In this document: positions 50,455-61,591 of the stretch, piece by piece | How positions within the stretch are numbered: the first letter of the stretch is position 1 | Layout of the letters: every line of letters starts with the position of its first letter | From: Tubiluchus corallicola | Taxonomy: Eukaryota > Animalia > Priapulida | Assembly (NCBI GenBank): GCA_030141605.1 | Contig: JAQGDQ010000125.1 | Coordinates: forward strand, 248,001 to 312,000 | DNA length: 64,000 nucleotides | Reading direction: 5' to 3' | The notes under the pieces: model-generated | Database searches by the model: none | The model's input: the letters and a program-made list of their open reading frames with translations, nothing else | What the model was told of the DNA's origin: nothing | Made by a program: the position numbers and the translations under genes

Positions 50455-50601
50455 AATCTATAGTGCCAAAAATTACAATTGAAATATCATTTTTTTAAAT
50501 TTGTTTAGATTACGGGACAATTAGCTGAATCTATTGTGCCAAAAATTACAATTGAAATATCATTTTTAAATGTACATTTAGATTAAGGCACTGTTAGCTG
50601 A
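50455..50601 (+). repeat. ~73-bp tandem duplication at the start of the SLC20 3' UTR
   Basis: AATCTAT(A/T)GTGCCAAAAATTACAATTGAAATATCATTTTT...TTTAGATTA...TTAGCTGA occurs twice. Confidence 0.85.
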
Positions 50602-52411
50602 TTGTGTTAATGAAATTTTGATGTGTAGCCATTCCTAAGGCTACCAGCCATTATTATTAGTAAGTTAACACGTTGCAGAAGACTGTCCCTTTACTTGTCT
50701 GCAGTGAAAGCAGCTATAATGAACAAATTCTACTAATTTCTGTTGCAGTTGTTTTTGTTTTATCTAAAATTAAAAATGAATGTCTCATTTAACTAATGTC
50801 AGGGTACTTGTTAATACTAGCGGTATTACTATTTTACATCTTTAAGTCATCTTCCTTTTAGCCACACTTTGTTAATATTTATTACAGTATACTGATGTGG
50901 TATAAGTAATCAATGTACATTGTGACACCAGTAGGAACTAATTTTGATTTTTATACTTTGTTAAGTATCAGAGAAATATTCATTCAGTTCAGTTTTTTTA
51001 AGATTATACACATCATGTGACATGGTGAGGCTTGAAAAGTGCAAAATGTTTTCTACTCTTTTATACAAGTTTGTTTTATAGTATCATGAATGTTGGATAT
51101 TACATTTTTTAATTAAAATGGACTATTTCTTACAATTATTCATGATGTTAAGATTGCACATTGTGTGAAAGTCCAAATACTGATATTAAATGTAAAGAAT
51201 TCTTTACTGTGTTCAATTTAGGTTTAGCTTTTTCATTTTGAAGAAAAATTAATACAATTATGTCAGTGTTAGGTAATACATATTATTTAATTAATACCCA
51301 CTAATTAAATACTGAGGTGAACAATAATGCAAATAGGGTTCCAGTAAAGTGTTCATTCAATATTTGCATTAAGTGTGTTAGCAGCTTTGATAAACTATAA
51401 TGACACCATTACATAGGTATCACAGTCGCAACTAAATTACAAGTTATGCACAACAAATGCCACTAAAACAGCTAAGGTTAAAAAGTAACACTCACATTGT
51501 TTTACTAAATTAGAAATCAAAAATACAGAATATATTAGAAGTGAAAAAATACAGAACACTAGGTGCAAAGCAATAAAACAATGTACTCGGTACGTTTATT
51601 GCTAACTGAACAGTTCACTCTAAACCACAGTTGCAGGTTTTGTTAGTCTTACAATTATATTGATTTTTTGCGGTACGATCGATAAATCTCAACCAGAATT
51701 AACCTACTTTAATTTTGTTAACGGGCACATTTTAATAATTCTCCACCAGTAACTGGAAAACGTGTAATAATTGTGTTGTTATAATTACTAGTATATGTCT
51801 TTTATTTTAGACTATATATACATGCAGTAATAATTCTTGTAAAAAATAAGATCTCATTGCTCTGCTGCATACTAAAACACCAGTGAGTAGTGAAGGTTAT
51901 ACAATTTTGTTGTGACAGGGTTATACAAGTTTACAAAGTCAGATTTTTAATGGTTTTCATTTATTACACCCAACATTGCAACACAGTACTACGAACATTA
52001 ATAAATTAACTTATACAAAATATTACAGTAAAATAAAATTATGTGTCAGAAGCATTATGGAAGATTGTGGAACACATAAAACTGTATATAACCCAAACTA
52101 TATATACTGTAACCAAAAAGGTTTTCAAGATCAAAGAGGTCATGTACTGGCATCATTAGTAGTAATGTAGTGAGTTCACCAGAATGATAAACTTTCACTC
52201 ATTTCTTTACACAGTTCGGTATTTTGCAAGTTGGTATTCGAAACTCAGTGAGACAAGGCCTACTTAATGTAGATGACAGCGAACCTGATTAACATCAAAG
52301 ATAAAAGATAGTTGAGATACTGAATCACGTAGAAGTGTTACTGCTATGATTAGAAGCATATTACAGTATATGCCTTCCCTAACAAGGTACATAAACTTTT
52401 ACTGTTGAACG

Positions 52412-52811
52412 TAATGACTCATTAAATAACCTGGTAACTATGTGTTCACTCTATCAAATGGGTGCAGAATATAGCAGACAAAACGTCCCAGAAGCATTTT
52501 TCCTGAATTATCTATTCATTTACTAACTAGGCTCCAAACTGCTTAAGGCCAATTGTCAAGCATACTCTGGTCACTCAGCTATTACTCTTGGCAATAATAC
52601 TATGCGTGAGTGAAATGTCAGGTATGCTCTTAGCTTACTACCCAGCCAAAATGATATTATTAAAATCAATTGCCAGATACCTTATTTTTTGCTTTATACA
52701 GCCTTTCTCTCTTATATTGCTGCTCAGCATTTATTTAGCTGTTTAAATAAACTACTCTTGAAAATAATGACTCATTAAATAACCTGGCAACTATGTGTTC
52801 ACTCTATCAAA
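52412..52811. repeat. 47-bp dispersed direct repeat downstream of TOP3A
   Basis: TAATGACTCATTAAATAACCTGG(T/C)AACTATGTGTTCACTCTATCAAA at 52412-52458 and 52765-52811. Confidence 0.85.
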
Positions 52812-52876
52812 CCTCTAACTGGAAAATATGTTCAGTACAACCTGAACGAATTTACAGTTGTGCCAAAACTGTAATA

Positions 52877-55800
52877 TCATCGCTGTGGACAGTTCTTTCT
52901 GTTATGGCCTTCTTTGCCACATATACCACATTTTCGTTTCTTTCGTTCACTACTATTAACAACATGTGTGTTCAAACCATTTCTCCTAAATGACACATTT
53001 TCTATTCTATTTTGAATCTGATTAGCCCCAGCATCAGGAACTATATCAGCCCACTGAAAAAATTTGCACTGTTGCCCAGGAGGCTTTGGGCAAGTATAAA
53101 ATGGTCTACCGTGGTTCGAACCTTCTTGGCGAACTGTTAATCTTTTTGCAACGATCCCACATCTGCATTTAACAGTACTTTGCAACTGCCCTGTAGGAAA
53201 CTGGCTTTTGCTTGAGCTGCTAGTACTGGTATCTGGTTTATCATTCTGACTCCACATAAAGAAGTTACATTCTTGGCCATTTACGCGTGCACAAGAATAA
53301 AATTCTCTGCCATGATTCGGGCCTTGCTTTTTCACTGTGCGCAAAACTGCGTCATTTTGGCAATTACACACAACTGCATTATTTGTTGCTTGTGAAGGTG
53401 TATTTACTGTATTACCGACATTCAGACTTGCCATTGGAGTTCTGTTGACTGTGTTACCCATTTTTCGCCTCTTCAGATTTTTAGAACTGTCATTGACTGG
53501 CCAGGTTCTATTACTGCTTTTATTATCACGCACATTATTGCCAAAATTAACAGGCACAGCATTAGACACATTATTATTGAAACTACTGCTGTCAATACGA
53601 TTGAATGATTGTGCTTCCCCATTTTGATGTGTCACACTACCACTTGAACTAATACCCACTGCATCTAAAAAATCCCTATCACAACCGCCTATACAACCCT
53701 CATACTCTAGTGGTACAGATGGTGGGACAGATCCTGGTGAAAATTTAAATTTTATTTTATATACAGGTCCTGGTTTACACAATGAACACACAGACGATGA
53801 TCTAGCTGCCTCTAACACACCTTTTGGAAACCAGACAGCATTCTTGCAATTTGGAAAACCCATGCAGCTGAGAAATAACCCATTACCATCTTTCTTAGCT
53901 CTAATCGTCATGGCAGCACCACATTTAGGACATGACCTCACCGTTTGTTCAGTTCCGAGTGCAACAGCTTGTTGCTCTTGATAAGGTAAAGCATTACCAA
54001 AATACTTAACTAATGATTCGTCTAATTTCTGAACCTGTCTCATAGCATCTTCAAACACTTGCTTATACTTTTCCAACTGTGTAGTCAACACTTCATTTTG
54101 AGTTTTAGTTCCTTCGCAGATCTTTTTCAAATCAGCTTCCAGTTCGGCTCGCAGATGAGGTTTAGACATTTCATACCCCATTGCATCGTATCCTTCAACA
54201 AGTCCCATTCCAAGCTCTCCTGGTACAAATCTGCCATCAGGCCTCAGTCCAACATAACTGCGAGTTTTGACTGTTTCTATGTGCTCTGCATGTGTCGCAT
54301 CTGTTCCAATTCCATGCTTCTCCATCAGTGCAATCAAGTCAGCTTCTGTAAGCAATGGTGGAGGAGCAGTTTCTCCATCGACAATTTCCAGCACTGACGG
54401 TTGAAATGTTTTCCCTACTTCATAAGCAGGCATGAACTTATCACTCCACTTTTCATATGGATAAACTTCTAAGTAGTTTTTAGCTAAAATCAAGAGTCCA
54501 CTAGCTGAAAATATCTCATCAGCAATGTTAATTTCCACTGTAGTTTCGTGGCCTTTGGCATCTTCAGACACACAGGCAAGGAAATGTCGAACAATGAAAT
54601 CATACACTTTCTTTTCATTTCCCTGTAAGCCAGAAGTGTGTTTAGTCGGATGAATAGGTGGATGGGCATTATCCGTCTTTTTGCCATTCCTGGGATTTGG
54701 GCCATGTTCCAATATTTTGTTGGCAAATTCTCCCCACTGATGATCAACAGTTTGCATTTCTACTAAATGCCTGAGATTCATTTCTTTTGGAAACATATTA
54801 GTTTCTGTTCTTGGGTAACTAATGAAACCTTGTGTGTATAGCTTTTCCGCTATAGCCATTGCTTGTTTGGCATTAATTCGCAGTTTCCTTGAAGCTAACT
54901 TTTCAAACTCTACTGTATCTAAAGGCTGAGGTCGCCACTTTGTCTTGGGTTTGCTTTTAATATCTACCACAGTTGCCTGAGGATTGTCCATACAGCGCTG
55001 ATATAAAACAAGACAAAGAACGTGGTTAAAAAGGCGACCTCTTTTCCAATTGAACTCAACAATACCGTCTCCTGAGTTGTGTTTAACAACAATTTTCCAG
55101 AATGGTTCAGGAACAAATGCCTGTACTTGTTTATACCGTTCAACAACAAATCCTAAAGTGGGAAACTGGCAGCTACCATAACTAATAAGCTGTTCAGCGA
55201 GCACTAAGGGAAATACTTTCTGCAGACGTAAAGTCTGAAAACGTGTGAAAGCTGCACCAATTCTCAAATCTAACTCCTGCCTAACATCAACAGCAGTACT
55301 AGCAAGGTAGTCTGGCCTAGTGAGTGTACGAAGTGCATTTGATATTGAATGTTGAGTAATTTCAGAGAATCGAGCTCTGTAAATCTGAATACCTGGTTTT
55401 ACCTGTCTACAGACATCAATAATTTCACACCCAATGTTTTCTCCTTCTCTATCACAGTCTGTCCAGATGACTAACACTTGGCATCCACGTACCTCTCTCT
55501 CTAGTGTTTGTTTCACACTAATGTAATTATCTGGGCAAATCTTTTCCACTGGGGCATTAAAGAGGTCTAAAGGCCGACAACCACTCCATCGCCTGTACTG
55601 ACCCGTGAAGTCTAATCCCAGCAAGTGTCCTGACACTGATGTCATTAACATAGTTACATTTTGATTCAGGAAATTGCAATCAAATTCATATATCTTGTTG
55701 AACCGTGATAATCCTTCTCGACGACGTGCTGCTCCTCTTGAAATGATCTGAGCAATAGATTTAGCTGCATCGTTTTTCTCAGCCACATTTAATACTTTGA

Positions 55801-55885
55801 CCATCTTGGATGTGTTTGTCTTAGTACAAAAATAACGCAGACAATAAAAACATGACTTAATAAATAAGTTATTAATGAATTTCAT
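52877..55885 (-). CDS. TOP3A: DNA topoisomerase III alpha (type IA), 1002 aa, single-exon CDS
   Basis: TOPRIM start VLNVAEKNDAAK..WTDCDREGENI. Catalytic GFISYPRTET. zf-C4 (CPKC..CMGFPNC), two GRF zinc fingers (GREFYSC, GRPFYTC) and a terminal CCHC knuckle (CGICGKEGHNRKNC). Second in-frame ATG at 55804. Confidence 0.97.
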   Translation of the reverse strand: MKFINNLFIKSCFYCLRYFCTKTNTSKMVKVLNVAEKNDAAKSIAQIISRGAARRREGLSRFNKIYEFDCNFLNQNVTMLMTSVSGHLLGLDFTGQYRRWSGCRPLDLFNAPVEKICPDNYISVKQTLEREVRGCQVLVIWTDCDREGENIGCEIIDVCRQVKPGIQIYRARFSEITQHSISNALRTLTRPDYLASTAVDVRQELDLRIGAAFTRFQTLRLQKVFPLVLAEQLISYGSCQFPTLGFVVERYKQVQAFVPEPFWKIVVKHNSGDGIVEFNWKRGRLFNHVLCLVLYQRCMDNPQATVVDIKSKPKTKWRPQPLDTVEFEKLASRKLRINAKQAMAIAEKLYTQGFISYPRTETNMFPKEMNLRHLVEMQTVDHQWGEFANKILEHGPNPRNGKKTDNAHPPIHPTKHTSGLQGNEKKVYDFIVRHFLACVSEDAKGHETTVEINIADEIFSASGLLILAKNYLEVYPYEKWSDKFMPAYEVGKTFQPSVLEIVDGETAPPPLLTEADLIALMEKHGIGTDATHAEHIETVKTRSYVGLRPDGRFVPGELGMGLVEGYDAMGYEMSKPHLRAELEADLKKICEGTKTQNEVLTTQLEKYKQVFEDAMRQVQKLDESLVKYFGNALPYQEQQAVALGTEQTVRSCPKCGAAMTIRAKKDGNGLFLSCMGFPNCKNAVWFPKGVLEAARSSSVCSLCKPGPVYKIKFKFSPGSVPPSVPLEYEGCIGGCDRDFLDAVGISSSGSVTHQNGEAQSFNRIDSSSFNNNVSNAVPVNFGNNVRDNKSSNRTWPVNDSSKNLKRRKMGNTVNRTPMASLNVGNTVNTPSQATNNAVVCNCQNDAVLRTVKKQGPNHGREFYSCARVNGQECNFFMWSQNDKPDTSTSSSSKSQFPTGQLQSTVKCRCGIVAKRLTVRQEGSNHGRPFYTCPKPPGQQCKFFQWADIVPDAGANQIQNRIENVSFRRNGLNTHVVNSSERKKRKCGICGKEGHNRKNCPQR

Positions 55886-56035
55886 TATTAATAAATAAAA
55901 GCATCATTTCTTCTAGAAGAATTCACCATTCACATAAGAATCATCATTTCACTTTTCACATTTCCAATTGTGGCTAAAATAATCCTGGCTTGAACTAGTG
56001 GTATTCAGTTGTGTGTTTGTTTCGCTCCACAGTTT

Positions 56036-57655
56036 CTAAAATAAAGAACAATATAAACAATACAAATAGCTCATTTTATTTGTATGGCACATTTAGCCAG
56101 ATATACAATACCAATTTTTCCATGTTGTATGAAACAAAAAACTAATTTTTTTAGGAATATATTGTCATACAAGGTTATTTTTATCAACCATAATGCAGCC
56201 ACACCTTTTGTAGTTGTTGTTGAAAATACCACAGTAATTCAATTTCATACAGTTGTCTTAAAACCATTACAAAAACCAGCTTTATAAGAAAAGCCATTAG
56301 TAGGGCTCTATTTTGTTTGTGTCAAGCTGAAGAAAAAGCCAGCAAACACTTCAGATATCAGTACATCTGGAAGGAATGCCATCACAAAGCATATGAAACA
56401 TTAGAGAATGATTTGAACAATTTTTTGAAAGTGGCATTGTGCTGTCTCTGGCAGTGAATATGTAGTGTTTAAATTATGGTTCAGGAATCACCAACACAGT
56501 TGAGAGAAACAAGGCATAGCAGTTTTGCTCTATTATTGTGCAGCGAAAACTGCAAAAGAGACAAAGAATGAAGCATGAATGTGAAAAAGCAGAATTCAAT
56601 CCCGAGAAAACCAGGATGAATTTCAACGCAAGCCCTAACTGCAAGCATCTACTGTGGGAAATATGAAGCCCATAGTGAGGAATCAATGTTTTGTGCAAGA
56701 AATGTTAACTGTGACAAAAAAATTTTTGACATGAGCTGTAGAATCTCAGGATTGGATGGTTCGTGCTCAGCTACATACTGCTGTCAATGTTGCAGAAGTA
56801 GCACATATTCATTACAACCTACCATGAAATACAAACTCAAGACTACTGAGCTGCAAAACAGTAAAAGGTGTCATAAAAAATGTAAGGAGACATAATTGGC
56901 TCTTCAGCGCAAGGTGCAACACCTATTGATTGTAAAATACTAAATGCAGAGATGTTTCTGCAGCAATTTCATCTGAATAAAGGAGACAATCATGATCTCA
57001 TCTCAACGAGATTTGAAGAATGACAAGCAAACCAAACGTACTGTCAAGATAGATCAACACATAACTTAGCATTTCTAAAACCCGGAGAAGCTGCAACAGT
57101 ACGGAATCAACAACAGGACAGTGGAAACCAACTCAGGTAGAAAAGACGTGTGATGAACCAGGATCATACTTGGTCACAACACGAAATGATGGTATTCTAC
57201 CCTCGAAACAAAGAACAGAACATTAAACAAATTTTTCAAAAAAAAAGATTGAACAATGGTGTTTAAGAAATAACGTCCGCAGAACCAGAAAAAACTCTTA
57301 ACAGACCCAGCGAGACAGGATACAAATACAAAGGATAAGCCAAATACCAACGATAAACCGTTGTATTTGGTTGCAGATTATACGATCCTTAATTATTATA
57401 CACTTTTGTTTCCAAATTTGTTTACTGTATGCTGCAATATGGTGGACGTGTTAAAAGAGAATATGTTACCAGTATTAGCAGAATTCTTAAAAGTTATTGG
57501 ACGGTTTCGGGCACTGACCTGCTCAAACTAAACATTTGTACATCATAAACTATGTTGCAATTTGATTTTCGTTGTAATACTTTATAGGTAGATTATCCCA
57601 ATGGCATTGGGTGACTGAACGTGGTCTAAATGAATATTTAAAACTAATATCTTAC
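56036..57655 (-). other. Putative 5'-UTR intron of TOP3A (non-coding first exon upstream of 57656)
   Basis: Donor GCGG|GTAAGA at 57655 and acceptor GTTCTTTATTTTAG| at 56036. CpG-richer DNA at 57650-57860 is consistent with a promoter. Confidence 0.55.
56850..57220 (+). mobile_element. Decayed Ty3/Gypsy LTR-retrotransposon integrase fragment
   Basis: Frameshifted remnants KTVKGVIKKCKE, TPIDCK, DRSTHNLAFLKPGE, WKPTQVEKTCDEPGSYLVTT..RN match the C-terminal integrase region of Mag/K02A2.6-like Gypsy elements. Confidence 0.6.
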
Positions 57656-58452
57656 CCGCTACACGTATTATCTGTTACAAATCTTGAGAGAAGTTGAAGA
57701 TCAAAAATAATTCGAGTACGACTGAGTACAACTACAGGCGCTATTACACTTTCGCACCGCCTAGCTTTTTATAGGTTATTACTCGTTTTTAGGCTCGTAA
57801 GTCATCATTCTATTATTCTTACAAGGTACGGATTATGCAAAATACACGTACCGGTACTAAACGAATAAACACTCTTGAAAAGGTTGTGCTTCAAAGTTCT
57901 TTAAAGCAATTTTATGAGGTTGAGCTTTATAATTAAAAACTGGAATGAATAATGATCGTGTATTCACTGTAACGCTGTAAAGTATTTACTGTTTCGTTTG
58001 CGAACTCCCTCCATTATGGTAACTAACAATGCCAGTAATCTTTTCAGGCGATGTGGTTCAAACCAAATTTGCCAAGAGCTTGGTGGTTCAAACCATATGG
58101 TTCAACTGTTTCAAAACACCTTGGTTTTGACTTGTGCAAAATACAGGTTCTAGGTTCAACTAAAATTAAAAAGATCTTTGGTTTCAGGAGGAAGCTAATC
58201 AATTGTTTTCAAAAACCATCATGAAATCTGAGTAAGAAGAAATTGATAGAATTTTGTTAGTTGTACTTACTGCATGACGACCACCACTGGCAATCTTAAC
58301 TGGCCGGCGATAGTAGTGGCGATGGTAAATGCAATTAATTATTAACACTTGTGCTCACAGTTGGAAAATTGGAAGTATCTTTCAAAAGTGGAAACGTTTA
58401 CATGTCTTTATGTCTAAACCTTCTTGCTGATAATGCTGGATCGAAGCTCGAA

Positions 58453-59520
58453 TAGATATATATATATATAATAATCTTTATTTGCCATTAAAACATTGAT
58501 AATCACTGATAAAAACTTTACAGAGATAATCAATCAGTGTTAGTTAATAAAAACTTACACTGCTGAAGGCAAATGCGTCAGTGCAATCTAAACTACTGTG
58601 CAGTAATGACGAATAAAATCAAACATATTTACAACCATACACAAAAAAACAACTATGATTTAATTAATATGGCCGTGGGTATATGAATTCTGAATTAGTG
58701 TGTATGTTGTCGTACTGGTGTGATGGTATTTCATATCTGGTTAATATTAGTGATTTTAATTTTGTTTTAAATGCTGATAGGGACTTGATTTGTTTAACCT
58801 GTAATGGTAGAGAATTCCAAAGTAAAATTGCTTGTTTGATTACAGAGTTCGTTCCATAGTGGGTATTTGTCCCAATTTGTTTTAGATTGCTTGTTCTGGA
58901 ATTAACGATAGGATTTGGAAAAAAGGTAAATCTGTTATTCTGGAATGGTTTGCTGATGTTGTTAATGTATTTAAATATAAAAAGCAGAGTAAAATGTTCT
59001 TTGTGTGCTTCAATGATTGGGAATTTTAAAGTTTTTCTCAGGTTAGTTGTTGAAGCTTTGAATTTTTGTCTACCTGCCTTATGTTTGTATGAGTACCCAG
59101 CTATTAATCTCAACGCATAGTTTTGAAGGAGATTTAATTTTAAGTAATTTTCTCTTTTGGTTTTTTGAAGTAGCGTACATCCATATAAGAAGTGTGGTAG
59201 AACTAAAGTTGTGGTAGATTCTTATGTTATCACATTATTTAGTAATTACGCAATGGGAGACCTTCACAGTTGATGTTGAAATCTGTATGCATGTAGTGCA
59301 GTTCCAAAGCAGAAAAAATCGATCCAATCTGATACTAATTTTTTGCGAAACCACTACCGATTTTTTTATTTTCCTCGAAACTGATATCGATCTCACATTT
59401 TTCGGGAGAATATCAGCAACCAATCTATGTTAGCTGTATATAATGTAGACCTAAGCAATATCATCCGCATATTGCTTAGAGATTAGAGATGAAGGTCTCC
59501 TGAACTTAGTGTAGCATAAT
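58453..59520 (-). mobile_element. 5'-truncated, decayed non-LTR retrotransposon (CR1/L2 group) ORF2 3' end
   Basis: RT motif QYADD (~59460-59474) followed by a stop. Then LVLPHFLYGC..LQNYALRLI and the C-terminal LWNSLPLQVKQIKSLSAFKTKLK. The 3' UTR ends AATAAAGATTATT plus an (AT)n tail at ~58453-58485. Confidence 0.8.
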
Positions 59521-61591
59521 TATGTTCAGCTATAGTGTGTCATGCGTGAGGAGCTCTGGATTAAGATCTATGTAGTATGGCCTTCATTTCTTCACAAGGT
59601 ATAATAAGTTATCGTTTGTCATGGTTACAGCAAGATAAAAGATGAAAAAGACAGTGATTAAACAATCTCGCTGAGTTACACCGATGTTAGAAAAGAATGG
59701 CATGCTCATACGTACTTCATATCGGCCTTGGATTGTAACGTTTTGCAATAACATGCTGACAAATTGTACCTCGTCTTTCTTAGAAACAAATAATTTCTTG
59801 AGTAACTCCTAGGACCCTCCTTTAACTGTGGCATAAGTGACGGTGGCGTGAAAATACAATAAATAAATTTGAATTTATTTTTTTAAATACAGAACGTGAG
59901 TTTTTGTGTTAAAAAGCAGACAGAGACGGATCAACAGCGTGGTTTTTCTTGACTAATTAGTAATTAAGAGCCGAAAATGAAGCATTTTTTGTCATTATTA
60001 GTTTAACGATAGCCTTGCATTTGGTATGTTGAAGATAAACTAGATTGAGTGCAATTTGTAGCAGATATTGCCTTACGAGTATGATTTACGTTTAGTCTAC
60101 TGTTTATTTGTTGTCCTGAACGGCTGAAGTATAAAAATTTGGTATCATTGAGTTGATACTGTAAGTTTCCAAAAATACATGGTCTACTTTGACCTAAAAC
60201 TGTAAAACTAAACAGAAACTAAGTAGAAAATAAATTATATAACTGTTTATGGGTACACGAAAATTTTAACGATTCAGAATAGGCATTGTACAGCTCGAGA
60301 CATCCCAACGTTATTTTTATACCTAGGGTATAGTCATCAGGTATGCTGTATTTTCAATTTTTATACTGCAGTTTTTGTACTAAATTACTAGTATTAGTTA
60401 TGTCCGTACAGTGACATGCAACGCACTGTTTTCACGGGACCAAATCTCGAGAAATGCTCGAGCTTACTATATTTTCATTATTTTTAAGTTATTTTTTGTT
60501 ACTTGAATTATTCACTATATTTCTTAGCATATAGGCCAAGATATTGTGAATCTTCAAAATTATCTTAGGCGGGCCAGTGCGATAAGGGTCAGAAGAAATG
60601 GAAATCGTAATTTTTGACATACTTCATCAAATGGTGCAAAATGTCAACAGTAAATTACAATATTTTTGGGTAGATAATTAGATGCTGGGTTCTAATTGCT
60701 ATGGAATGTGTCATGGAATTTAGTGTTTCTGTTTTATAGTTGCTGGGGTGTAACAAACACTCTATTTCACAGTTTTTAGTACGTGTAAAGAGTTTCTAAC
60801 AATTTCTCTGCATATGTCAAAAAAAGTTGCCCGCTCGATAACAAAAAAATTTATGGTGGTTCATTTTAATTTATTAACGTATATATAATTAACAATCACA
60901 TATTTATTGTAATTTCATGGAGAAAAGCAAATAAATTTATTAACTTAACTGAACTGGGATCATGTACTGACATGCAGATGTCATGAAATACTACAAGATT
61001 ATAGGATTAGGCCTTATGTCTATACAACTTGTCCACTTAAAGTGAAAGACAAGTTTCATCTACTGATAGTTTTTAAAAGGCTGACGGTTACACAACTTAC
61101 AAATAAGTCACCTTTTTACAAACATTTCACATTTTCACGATCAAAGCCTATTATTCTAAGCTTTTCTTTAGCTGAAGGAATGTAAGCAGCAAAATGAAAG
61201 TAATTTAAATAAGCAGAAGAGCATCTCGTTGTTAACAAATGTCTTAATATTTCTTGGAAAACAATGCTCACTGTTATGAAACTGTCTAAATTAAATTGTC
61301 ATATTACAGTCATTACTGTGAAGTGTCTTTCAGACTTTGTGAGCACACGCGATCTAGTTTGATTTGTGCTTGAGAATATCATCTTTGTGAATTTCCAGTC
61401 CATCACACATTATCTAATGAATTATTTGATATAGTGAAACACCTATAGGTACAGTGTTAATGGACACATGCATGACATGTATGGAATCATTTTAAAGCTT
61501 GCAGGGTTTTGTTAAGTTTTGGAAAGAATGAACTGATGCAATGTGGCGGTTGTCTAAAATCGGTAGTAAGGCTTTTATGATGTAAAATATT

